A stretch of 64,000 nt of DNA from Microcoleus sp. (GTDB lineage Bacteria; Cyanobacteriota; Cyanobacteriia; Cyanobacteriales; Microcoleaceae). The stretch spans positions 384,001 through 448,000 of the forward strand of contig JAYFMW010000020.1 in NCBI GenBank assembly GCA_042408215.1, given 5' to 3'. A program made the translations under genes and the position numbers. Positions within the stretch are counted from its first letter, which is position 1. Each line of letters starts with the position of its first letter. The notes beneath the pieces were generated by a model. The model saw only the letters and a program-made list of their open reading frames with translations. It was not told the origin of the DNA and did not search any database. Shown here one piece after another: positions 1 to 8,667 of the stretch.

Positions 1-1
1 T

Positions 2-340
2 CCTAAACCAGATACGCACTTCTGTATTGCGATCGAGGAAGGAGAATCATGGTACTTAGGTGACTTAGCAGCAGTGAAGGCAGCTTATCCAAGTGCAAAA
101 GATGCAGTTCTAAATTCGTACAGCAATGACAGTATCTGTAACAGATGGGAGAAATTAGCCGACGCGGTGTTTGCCGGTGGTGCTATAAAATTGTCTAAAC
201 TTGGTTGGTAAGCGATTGGTAAAGAAAAGGCGAGTTGGGCGCAAAAAAGATCTCCCCTCATGGAAGTGGACAGGAATTTATCACCAAGTTTTTGCTATTT
301 TCGAGATCGGCTTCGACGTTTTAGCGGAAAGAAAAGCTAA
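2..340 (+). pseudogene. 3' part of DUF4276-like protein with premature stop (5' end outside window)
   Basis: Frame 2 reads PKPDTHFCIAIEEGESWYLGD...WEKLADAVFAGG...LGW*AIGKEKASWA...NLSPSFCYFRDRL. In-frame TAA at 209-211; family-like sequence continues to TAA 338-340. Confidence 0.65.
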
Positions 341-408
341 AGATCTTCTACATCTTGAGTCACGTTCTTCTGAAGGATATTCAATTTACCAATTCCTCAT
401 CCTGCTGA

Positions 409-572
409 TACCAGTTTTTTATGAGGCCCCGTAGAATCTGATCCCCCCTAACCCCCCTTAATAAGGGGGGAACAAGATTCTGCTCAAAGTCAACCCCTAC
501 TCACACCCTACTCCCCTTATTAAGGGGGATTTAGGGGGATCGAGATATATGCAACTTCACATTAAATTGGTA
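409..572. mobile_element. MITE-like element with TACCA(G/A)TTT termini carrying a CCCCC-TTAA-GGGGG hairpin
   Basis: Terminal inverted repeat TACCAGTTT...AAATTGGTA flanked by TGA on both sides. Near-identical inverted copy at 47153-47436. Confidence 0.75.
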
Positions 573-2987
573 TGAATAGGAAATGTGACAGTAAAAGTAG
601 TTTTGCCATTACCGCTTTCAACCTCTATTTTCCCCTCCAATTGTTCGACAAGTTTCTGGGCTAAAGCTAAACCCAAACCAGTGCCTCCTTGTTTCCAAGG
701 ATCGGCATTGGGAACGCGATAAAACTTCTCGAAAATCCGAGGCAATTGCTCTTGAGGAATTTCCGATTCATTGCTGAATGTAAATTTAATTTCAGTAGGA
801 GAAGCACTGCCTTTTCTCCCGTTTCCACCTGGACACTGAACATCCAGAAAAATTTCGCCGTCCAGGGGAGTATATTTGCAGGCATTGTTGAGCAATTCAG
901 CTAAAATTCTCCCCAAACTCGCGCGGTTGGAACTGATAGTGGGGAGGTGGCGATCGCACTCAACTCGCAGGTGCTGCTGGCGGTTTTGGGCGCGGGCGTA
1001 GAATGGTTCGATCATAGTAGGGCAACCAGACTTCTAAGTTGACAGGTTCCAGATCGATCGGACAAGCTGCTGCTTCGAGCCGCTGCAAATCGAGGAGAGC
1101 ATTAATCAGATCGGTTTCTCTAGTACATTCTGTTTGCAAAATTTCTAAATAAACCTGGTGTCGCTCTTTAGTAGGAGAAATTTGTAGCATATGAATAGCC
1201 ATTTTCATATTAGCTAAAGGCGTCCGCAGTTCGTGAGAAACTGTGCTGAGAAATTCATCTTTGAGGATATTTAGCTGCTGAAGTTCCTGGACTTTTTGCT
1301 GCAATTGGGCTGTACGTTCTTGGACTTGGCGTTCCAGATCTGTGTTGAGGTTTTGCACCTGCTGGTAAAGCTGTGCTTGCTGAATGGCGATCGCGATCTG
1401 AGTTGCCAGTTGCAGCAGCAAATCGACTTCTGAAGGCTGCCACTGCCGCGATTGCGAACATTGGTGGACGCACATCATCCCCCACAAATTATCGTCTTGC
1501 AAAATTGGCACGATCAAATAAGCTTTGATTTGCGCTTGCTGGAAGCGCGCATATTTTTCGTCGCTCAAACTGGCTTCGTCAATGTCGGGAACGGCATAAA
1601 TTTGGTGTTCAACCCCTGAGTCCGATTCTTGCCAAATAGTGTCGGCGAAGATTTCTCCCAAGATAGAAGACCAATTTTCGGCGACAGATTCTGCTACTAC
1701 CATGCCGGAATTGCTAGACTCCAAATGCAGGATTGCTACCCGGTCAGCTTCTAAAACTTGCCGGACTTCATCGACGCTGGCGTTGAGAATTTCTTCGAGG
1801 TTTAAAGATTGGTGAATCCGCAAGGCAATTTGAGTCAACAGCCGATCGCGCTGGGCCTGTTCGTTCAGTTTTGCCGTCCGTTCCCGCACCTGCTGTTCCA
1901 GTTTGGTATTGCGGCTTTGTAGCAGTTCCACTTTTTCGGCTTGGAGTTGATAAACCGACTGCTGCAACTGTTTGACAACTCGGTACATTTCGCTCGGATC
2001 GAGGACTCTGAGCAAGCTGGTTTGAGTAATAATTCCCAACATTTCTCCGCGCCCCCCGCACACAACCAACTGCTGCACTTGTTGCTGCTGCATTTGTTGG
2101 TGTGCCGTCCACAGCAAATCAGCAGGTTTGAGAAATTGTAAGGGAGTTCTCATTACTTTGAAAGCTGGCATTTCCTCGAAATCTAGTTCCAGAAACTGCG
2201 CCTGCACGATGTCGTATTCGGTAATAATCCCCTGGGGTTGGTGAAAGGAATAGTGAAAAATGGAGGTATAGTCATTTTTGAGCTTCTCCATTTTTAATTC
2301 TTTATTTTTGGTAATGACTACGCAACTGACTTGATGCTCTGACATCAGTTGCGCTATGCTTTTGAGCGAGGCGGTGTGGGCCGCTGTAATCGGTGTAGTC
2401 ATCAATTCTGCGACCCGCCGCAATTTGAGAATGTTTGAAGGCTGCAATACTTGGCGAATTCTTTCCCGCGTCAGCACTCCTACCAAGTGCCGAAATTCGT
2501 TGACGATCGGCAAATAGCGAATTCCGTGCTGGCGAAATAAGGATAAAGCGGTGAACAGGTCTTGGTCGTCGGATTTGGTTAGGGATACCGACACCGGCGA
2601 CATCACTTCGGAAATCGGTATTTTGTCTAGGGCTAGTTTTTGGTGAGTGTCTATTTTGCCAGCAGCGATCAGCCGAACTAAGTCGGCGGGAGTTAATATT
2701 CCGATCGGCAGCCCTCGGCTGGGGCTGTCCGATACATTACCTGTGGCGCTCCGAGGCTGGTTCTGCACCACCAGCACGCAGTGAGCCCGCATTTTGTCCG
2801 GTGGGAGCGCTTCGTTCATCCCCCCGCCTTCAGAGGGTAAAGGCCTCTTGGGTAAGGGACAACTGTTGTGCAATTGGCTGATGAGCCCGATCGCCACTGC
2901 TAGAGAGGTTTCGGGCCCGGCCGTTAAGGGGTAGCGGTCGATCGCTTGTTCTAAGGCTGAGGAGTAAAAGGGCGGGTAAAAGGGCAT
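557..2987 (-). pseudogene. CBS-GAF-HisKA-HATPase sensor histidine kinase, frameshifted near 1020
   Basis: ORF 960-2987 has CBS pairs, a GAF and the H-box SHELRTPL. ORF 557-1015 has NNACKYT and GGTGLGL. Removing one base of GGG at 1020-1022 joins them (EVWLPTMIEPF). Could be a sequencing error. Confidence 0.85.
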
Positions 2988-3245
2988 AGTAGATCGCAGG
3001 TTTGTCGGAACACGGCTGACTCTGAGTAAAGCTTGGGGAACAGAAACACCTCGCCTGTGGGCGAATTTTCAATGATAGACTGTCTAATTTATTTTTCCAC
3101 TCAACACCAAAGTGTCGATCGGAGCACTCATCTACAATTGCCGAATCTCAAATCTCTTGGGGGTTTTCACTGCTTTTTTTCTCCTGAGACTCTCCTATAA
3201 TTAAAATCAGCGAAATGTAAAGTTTTACTAAAAGATTGACCGCTA

Positions 3246-3920
3246 ATGACAACTTTAAGCTTAAAGGAAATTGCAGCCAAGTTAGAAAGCCAAAATTCAG
3301 CCGATCGAATGGTAGCTTTGGCCAACTTGCGGAATGTGCCGGCTGCTCTTGCGGTGCCTTTGATTAAAAAGGTTTTGAACGACGAAAGTTTGCAGGTGCG
3401 ATCGATGGCGGTGTTTGCTCTTGGAGTTAAACCGACGGAAGAGTGCTATCCCATTCTAATCAAATTGCTAGAAAGTGACCCGGATTACGGGATTCGCGCT
3501 GACGCTGCCGGTGCTTTGGGCTATCTCGAAGATATCAGAGCTTTTGAGGCTTTGGTGCGGGCTTTTTATGAGGATACGGAATGGCTGGTGCGCTTCAGTG
3601 CTGCGGTTTCTCTGGGGAATCTCAAAGATCCGCGAGCTCGCGATGTGTTGCTGAAAGCTCTCGAAAGCGAGCAAGTAGTGATTCAGCAGGCGGCAATTTC
3701 AGCTTTGGGGGAAATTAAGGATATTGGGGCGATCGATCGCATTCTGAATTTTGCTCAGTCAGAAGATTGGCTAATCCGTCAGCGGCTAGCGGAAGCTTTG
3801 GGAAATTTGCCTAGTCCCAAAAGCATCTCGGCGTTGAAATACTTAGCAAAAGATGCTAATTCTCAAGTATCGGAGGCGGCAACAATTTCTCTCGATCGCC
3901 TGTCAAAAGCAGAAGGATAA
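3246..3920 (+). CDS. PBS lyase HEAT-like repeat protein (NblB/CpcE-like)
   Basis: Repeated VRxxAAxALG HEAT motifs, 224 aa. Confidence 0.85.
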   Translation: MTTLSLKEIAAKLESQNSADRMVALANLRNVPAALAVPLIKKVLNDESLQVRSMAVFALGVKPTEECYPILIKLLESDPDYGIRADAAGALGYLEDIRAFEALVRAFYEDTEWLVRFSAAVSLGNLKDPRARDVLLKALESEQVVIQQAAISALGEIKDIGAIDRILNFAQSEDWLIRQRLAEALGNLPSPKSISALKYLAKDANSQVSEAATISLDRLSKAEG

Positions 3921-3999
3921 TAGATAGCGATACTTTTTTTGTAAGTGTTTCATTTTCGCGCTTTTAAGCCGGGGATGAAACACCGATCGCCTAATTGAT

Positions 4000-4426
4000 T
4001 CAGCCCTCTGCTAGATCGCACCGACTTCTCAGTTGTTGAGGTGAGAAAATGGGAATAGGCGACCCTGGGAATCCATTCACATCACGGGTAACGATCGCCT
4101 CTAAGTCTAACTCGATCGCACAGGCTATCTGCACCGCATCTTCAAAATCCGGCAATCAAGGGCGCGATCGCTTCCTCCAGAACATCTCGATCCACCGCAC
4201 AAATTTCCATCAATGTCAAAAGTCGAGTTACGGCGGAAATCCCAGCTTCAGAACTCTTGGTTTGTCGTCCCACCAAATAATGCACATCCGTAACCGTTGT
4301 CGCCGACATACACCCTTCAACTCGCCCCGATTCAACTGCATTCAGTAAAAAAGCAGCATCCGCTAAAAAAGGTTCCCGGCCAAGCATTGCATCCAGTAAA
4401 ACATTGGTATCAAATAAAACTTTCAT
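4000..4426 (-). pseudogene. PIN-domain (VapC-like) toxin, frameshifted near 4155-4165
   Basis: N-terminal VLFDTNVLLD. The conserved LPDFEDAVQIACA...AIVTRD continues in a shifted frame to TGA at 4000-4002. Confidence 0.8.
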
Positions 4427-4653
4427 CACAGATACTTTTGTACTAACCGCTCATCTAACATTGCCTTTACTTCTGCATCTGTAGGAGGTGGCGCGTCCGT
4501 TTTCGCAATGCCAATTAAACTCGCAGCTAAACCCTTCGGTTTCACCTTCGATCGGGGTTTCGGTTGGAGCGATCGCATCAAAGCATTGATTAACTGCCAT
4601 CGCTCCTCGGCAGACAATCTCAGCGATCGGTCTTGAAGTTCGCGTAATGTCAT
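4426..4653 (-). CDS. Putative antitoxin of the PIN toxin
   Basis: 75 aa MTLRELQ...LSAEERWQL; stop overlaps the toxin start (TGATG). Confidence 0.7.
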   Translation of the reverse strand: MTLRELQDRSLRLSAEERWQLINALMRSLQPKPRSKVKPKGLAASLIGIAKTDAPPPTDAEVKAMLDERLVQKYL

Positions 4654-4705
4654 AATAGTTTTATCTTTGACAGAAAACATTGGACAAGCAGGCAAGTATA
4701 TAAAT

Positions 4706-4842
4706 CAATACGGTTTACTTAACACTATTTACGCCCGGAGATCCCCCTCGCATCCCCCGATCGAAGACCCACTTTAAGAGCTTCTTGTCCCCCCCTTGGG
4801 AAAGGGGGGTTAGGGGGGATCTGTCTTAAGTGAACCGTATTG
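4706..4842. mobile_element. 137 bp MITE with 17 bp TIR and 10 bp target-site duplication (IS4-like ends)
   Basis: TIR CAATACGGTTTACTTAA / TTAAGTGAACCGTATTG; perfect direct repeat GTATATAAAT at 4696-4705 and 4843-4852. Confidence 0.9.
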
Positions 4843-4934
4843 GTATATAAATACCCCCGCTTCAAAGTTTAGCGCCTCAAGTGATATAATGTTATCTTCT
4901 TAAAAAGACTTAATTTTTCGGAACAGTGAGTTAA

Positions 4935-5195
4935 ATGCCCTACAGTCAATTTAGCATCGAACAAATTAAGACAAATTTTGGCATAACTTTTACTAGGAGG
5001 GTTGGGTTGTTTGCCGATATTCCCGAAATCGAACCCAGCATTTTTTTGCAAGAAACTTTGCAATTCAATCTACCTTTAGCACTAGAAATAAATTCCGAGA
5101 AAGCTCGCTCCGAGCTAATTGTCGCGCCGATATTAGTTGAAATCAAAAAACGGCTGCCGGAACGGATGAGTTTATTTTCCGGTCGAGAATTCAAT
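4935..5195 (+). pseudogene. 5' half of interrupted PD-(D/E)XK-like conserved cyanobacterial protein
   Basis: MPYSQF...NSEKARSELIVAPIL...LFSGREFN ends exactly at the AAT preceding the inserted element. Confidence 0.85.
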
Positions 5196-5350
5196 AGACC
5201 TCTTGCAAAATAATTTTATGCTATAATCAAGGGTTTGGCTTAAGTGGAGCAGATTGCAGGTTAGATCAGCACTTTACAATTATGAGTTAGCTCTCAGGTC
5301 TAAAACTCAAAGCCTTTAATTCTAACATAGATTTTTTTTGCAAGAGGTCT
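5196..5350. mobile_element. Left MITE (AGACCTCTTGCAAAA termini)
   Basis: 15 bp perfect TIR, flanked by AAT on both sides. Confidence 0.85.
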
Positions 5351-5454
5351 AATTATTAACTCACTACCCATTCAACCATTACCTCTACGTTGCCTTTTTC
5401 CATAAAAGCCTAAACTTCAATCAGCCTTGAATCATAAAAACTGAGCCGCAATGA

Positions 5455-5560
5455 TATAGCGTTTCTCAGAAAGATGAGGTATGCCGAGGTATGCTGCAAC
5501 CCTTACAGTATCAAGCTTTTCTTGGCAAAATGGCACCTCACTTTTTAGAGAAAGGCTATA
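5455..5560. mobile_element. TATAGC-ended MITE-like element
   Basis: TATAGCGTTTCTC...GAGAAAGGCTATA with inner TGAGGT/ACCTCA repeat. Related copies at 14938, 42607 and 49818. Confidence 0.7.
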
Positions 5561-5578
5561 CCTCACGAAGGATTTGCG

Positions 5579-5665
5579 GCATAACGGTCTAGTTGAGCCG
5601 CTACAGATGACCTTTGGATTTTAAAGATCACTTTTGATGAAGTCGGCTCCAACGCAGTGTTAGGC
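5579..5665 (-). other. Integron attC recombination site
   Basis: Minus strand: R'' GCCTAAC, 5 nt, L'' GTTGGAGC, CGAC..., L' GCTCAAC, 6 nt, R' GTTATGC. Lies immediately after the stop codon at 5668. Confidence 0.85.
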
Positions 5666-5667
5666 GG

Positions 5668-5955
5668 CTATACGGGAGTAGCTCGTAAACGGATACCAAG
5701 TGATTGTATAACTCTTAAAACAGTAGCAAATTCTGGATTACCTTCGAGGGACAAAGATTTATAGAGGCTTTCACGTCCTAATCCTGTTTCACGCGCAATA
5801 TTTGTCATTCCCTTAGATCTAGCAATGTCACCCAATGCTGCTACCACTAGATTAGGATCGCCATCTTCAAGAGCGGCTTCAAGATAAGCTGCCATATCTT
5901 CTTTAGTTTCTAGATGCTTTGCTGCATCCCAAAGATAGGTTGGAACTTTGTTCAT
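5668..5955 (-). CDS. Addiction module antidote protein (HI1420-like HTH antitoxin)
   Basis: WDAAKHL...AYLEAALEDGD...ALGDIARSKGMT.IARETGLGRESLYKSLS..GNP. Confidence 0.9.
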   Translation of the reverse strand: MNKVPTYLWDAAKHLETKEDMAAYLEAALEDGDPNLVVAALGDIARSKGMTNIARETGLGRESLYKSLSLEGNPEFATVLRVIQSLGIRLRATPV

Positions 5956-5972
5956 GAGATCTCCTATAGGTT

Positions 5973-6250
5973 TTATGATAAGTCTAAGGCTGTTTTGATA
6001 TCCCGATCTTGGGTACGTTTATCTCCACCTGCAAGCAAGACAATTAACGTATTTCCTCGCTGTATGAAATACACGCGATATCCTGCACCATAGTCAATAC
6101 GGAGTTCTGACACACCTTTTCCTATCGGTTTTACGTCACCAGGATTGCCCATAGACAATCGCCGAATACGTCGATACGCGCCCTAGCTTCCCGATCGCGC
6201 AGTGATTTAAACCACCGAGAATAGATTTCAGTCTCCCGAATTTCAATCAT
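5973..6250 (-). pseudogene. Addiction module killer protein (HI1419/HigB-like RelE family toxin), frameshifted
   Basis: ATG at 6250 gives MIEIRETEIYSRWFKSLRDREARARIDV, then a frameshift near 6165-6170. RRLSMGNPGDVKPIG.GVSELRIDYGAGYRVY continues in another frame. Confidence 0.85.
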
Positions 6251-6256
6251 GCTTTG

Positions 6257-6285
6257 ATTGTATCCTATGAGATACGGAGAAACAA
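6257..6285 (-). promoter_or_regulatory. TA promoter with overlapping palindromic operator
   Basis: TTGTTT-17 nt-TACAAT, 6 nt before the toxin ATG; inverted repeat GTATC-N6-GATAC overlaps the spacer and -10. Confidence 0.6.
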
Positions 6286-6330
6286 GCAATAGGAAAACTT
6301 GCTTAACTACTTTTGTTCAAGCAAAGATAA

Positions 6331-6379
6331 GGTGCGTTACATTTCATTAACGCACCCTACAAGATCGGAGATCGCACTG
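6331..6379 (-). repeat. HIP1-like motif + GTAG-type REP hairpin
   Basis: CAGTGCGATCTCCGATCTT-GTAG-GGTGCGTTA-N7-TAACGCACC. Confidence 0.7.
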
Positions 6380-6420
6380 TCATTATGAATATGTGCAACG
6401 TCAATTTTATTCCCAATAAA

Positions 6421-6999
6421 TTAAATTTTCGGAAAACAAGCGTCAAATACTTCAGTTAAGTCAATGATTTTCGCCTGCCAAGCCGCTTCTCCTTCTAATG
6501 CTTTTAGCGCAGAACCTCGGATCATAAATACATTGTCACCTGGATAATCGTTATTAGACAACATCTCACGCACTTCCATTTCAACTAATACTAGTGCTTC
6601 ATCATCATCGGATATATCGCACTTGTTCAGAAATGTCGCAATATAGGGAATACCAGCCTGTTTTGCCATTTCGACCTGTTCACTGGTTTGCGATGTCAGC
6701 CCTTCGGTCACAGAAACAACTAGAATTGCGCCATTGAATTTAACATCCCCTGCAAGCACATTGTTCAAATCATCGGCATTACTTGGATAGTCAACATGGG
6801 TATAGTGACGCACTGGAGTATCGTATTCTACAGTATGAGAAGTCGTAATTTGCTCGAAGGAATTTTCTTGACCACCAAATCGTTTCGCCGTTACCTTGGA
6901 TAGTGCCGCAGTAAGTGTAGTTTTACCGTGACCTGTATGACCAATGGTAATAATATTGTTGTGCTGTTTAGTACGTTGAAATGCTTCTTGTGATGACAT
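6421..6999 (-). CDS. Truncated, divergent EF-Tu homolog (G domain only)
   Basis: Colinear with EF-Tu domain I: GHTGHGKTTLTAA, VEYDTPVRHYTHVD, GAILVV, FLNKCD, LVEMEVRE, GSALKALEG. Ends at the domain I/II boundary. Confidence 0.9.
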   Translation of the reverse strand: MSSQEAFQRTKQHNNIITIGHTGHGKTTLTAALSKVTAKRFGGQENSFEQITTSHTVEYDTPVRHYTHVDYPSNADDLNNVLAGDVKFNGAILVVSVTEGLTSQTSEQVEMAKQAGIPYIATFLNKCDISDDDEALVLVEMEVREMLSNNDYPGDNVFMIRGSALKALEGEAAWQAKIIDLTEVFDACFPKI

Positions 7000-7096
7000 G
7001 GTGTTAACCAGAAGTGTTGTTTTTTTGATTTATAGAGAACAATTAATTTTACTTTACAAGATCGCCTCAAACCATGAAAGCTAAAATGTTCATTCA

Positions 7097-7150
7097 GTAG
7101 AATGCGTTGGTTTGACATCAACACATTCTACAAGATAGGCGATCGCACTG
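7097..7150 (-). repeat. HIP1 motif + GTAG-type REP hairpin
   Basis: CAGTGCGATCGCCTATCTT-GTAGAATGTGTTG-N9-CAACGCATTCTAC. Confidence 0.7.
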
Positions 7151-7167
7151 CGTTAGTTAAGATTAAA

Positions 7168-7395
7168 TTACAGCTCAATTACATTGCCAGCCTGACGACC
7201 AAGTTTTTGGCTTGGGCTTGGTATAAAGGTAAATTCTACCCTCTGCCCTTTCTCCAAAGTTTTGAAGCCTCTCTTCGTCATCTGGATTGCAGAAAAGTGT
7301 ACGTATATATCCTCAGTGCCGTCATCTGAACAGATAAAGCCAAAACCTTTTTCAGCATTGAAGAATGTTACTGTACCCGTCATTTTTTCAGACAT
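7168..7395 (-). CDS. Cold-shock domain protein (CspA family)
   Basis: RNP1 KGFGFI, RNP2 [20 protein letters not shown]; 75 aa. Confidence 0.92.
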   Translation of the reverse strand: MSEKMTGTVTFFNAEKGFGFICSDDGTEDIYVHFSAIQMTKRGFKTLEKGQRVEFTFIPSPSQKLGRQAGNVIEL

Positions 7396-7432
7396 AAAAA
7401 CTTCCTAAAAGTTATTTACTTGGCTGTCTAAT

Positions 7433-7501
7433 AGACATCTCCTAAAAAGACTTTCAAGAACAGGCAAGATGCCTGTTCCACAATAATTATGGGAGAGGTC
7501 T
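7433..7501. mobile_element. 69 bp mini-MITE (AGAC...GTCT) containing a REP hairpin
   Basis: AGACATCTCC...GGAGAGGTCT with inner AACAGGCAAGATGCCTGTT; sibling at 21865-21933. Confidence 0.65.
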
Positions 7502-7548
7502 AGTTTATAATTGTATCGCAGTTGCGGTACAATACTATATACAGCGGA

Positions 7549-7578
7549 ATAATACCGCAGATCGAGGATGTATGTCAA
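7549..7578 (-). promoter_or_regulatory. Sigma70-type promoter facing the cargo genes
   Basis: TTGACA-18 nt-TATTAT about 150 nt upstream of the csp start. Confidence 0.55.
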
Positions 7579-7646
7579 CCCCTTCTTACTGCCCATCGGA
7601 ATCTCCTTTCCTCGATTAATTGCTCGATCGCCAAACTCAACCCAAT

Positions 7647-7824
7647 AGACCTATTGCAAAAAAAATATGTGTTATACTTAAAAGTTTGCTCAAGTTTAGG
7701 TCAAATTTTGGTCAAACTTTGAATTATTGGGTTGATTGGCATCTCCTTAAACTTGCCCAGCCTACTAAATCATAAAATTAGCTAGACTTTCTATAATAGC
7801 ACAAAATTATTTTGCAATAGGTCT
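7647..7824. mobile_element. Right MITE (AGACCTATTGCAAAA termini), inverted relative to left MITE
   Basis: 15 bp perfect TIR, flanked by AAT on both sides; subterminal sequences mirror the left MITE. Confidence 0.85.
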
Positions 7825-7827
7825 AAT

Positions 7828-8166
7828 GTGGATGCTGCTAGGGGCTTGAGCGGTTATTGCGATTTTCTAATTAGCCGATCGCCCGAACAGCTAGTCATTG
7901 AATCCCCAGTTGTCGCCTTGGTTGAAGCCAAAAATGATAACATTCAATCCGGCTTAGGACAGTGCATGGCAGAAACGATCGCAGCCCAAATATTTAACCA
8001 GCGTCAAGAAAATGACATTCAGACAATTTATGGAGTTGTCACAACTGGGAGTATCTGGAAATTTTTTAAGTTAGAAGGAATTGCGATCGAGATGGATACC
8101 AATGAATATTTTATCAATAATGTTGGTAAAATACTCGGTATCTTAATAAATTTTATAGAGTCTTGA
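7828..8166 (+). pseudogene. 3' half of interrupted PD-(D/E)XK-like protein
   Basis: [16 protein letters not shown]...LVEAKND...GLGQC...[13 protein letters not shown] continues the 4935 ORF in frame. Confidence 0.85.
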
Positions 8167-8183
8167 GTTAAACCTCAATCCCG

Positions 8184-8212
8184 GTAGGGACACGGCATTG
8201 CCGTGTCCCTAC
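8184..8212. repeat. GTAG-type REP palindrome
   Basis: GTAGGGACACGGCA-T-TGCCGTGTCCCTAC. Confidence 0.85.
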
Positions 8213-8307
8213 TTCATAAACCTGTAATACGCTGTATTATTTAAGCTGCGAGGGCAAATCGCAAGCTAAAATAGTTATTGATATCCTTTGTTCAACCAAA
8301 CCCAGCC

Positions 8308-8571
8308 ATGAATCAACTACCGAATCCGTTTAACTCAAATCCATCCAATCCCCTAGACCCCTTAAATCAAGATCCCGATCGACTTGATGACGAAGGTGGA
8401 GAATTGCCGAAACGCTACCATCCAGCAACTAAAAAAACTCTGCAAAAATTATTCATCATCCTGATAGTTGGCGGTGCAATTATTGGGGGAATTCTATCTA
8501 TAGCTGTGCTCTCGCTGATGCAAAAAGCCGGACTGACAGATGTGCCAGCCAGGGTAGAGAATTCTAAGTAA
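8308..8571 (+). CDS. Small single-pass membrane protein
   Basis: One hydrophobic segment (LFIILIVGGAIIGGILSIAVL). Confidence 0.65.
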   Translation: MNQLPNPFNSNPSNPLDPLNQDPDRLDDEGGELPKRYHPATKKTLQKLFIILIVGGAIIGGILSIAVLSLMQKAGLTDVPARVENSK

Positions 8572-8667
8572 TATCAAATCCGCAGGATATTTTGATATTA
8601 AATGCACCAACTTTCTGGGATCAAGCTGGAAAAAATATCAAGTTGTGTATGGATGTTTTCAGAATAA

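Larger units (their letters stand above)
5196..7824. mobile_element. Composite cargo element bounded by two inverted MITEs
   Basis: Outer ends AGACCTCTTGCAAAATAATTTTATGCTAT / ATAGCACAAAATTATTTTGCAATAGGTCT; AAT duplicated at 5193-5195 and 7825-7827; removal restores a 199 aa ORF. Confidence 0.85.

Noticed and set aside
201..434. 77 aa ORF from the track
   Set aside because: Out of frame with the recognisable DUF4276-like sequence and runs into a MITE
6421..6999. Housekeeping tuf gene
   Set aside because: No domains II/III downstream, key motifs altered, no rps/fus context
5196..7824. Developmentally excised element like nifD/fdxN elements
   Set aside because: No recombinase is encoded, and the ends are transposon-type TIRs with a 3 bp duplication rather than recombination direct repeats
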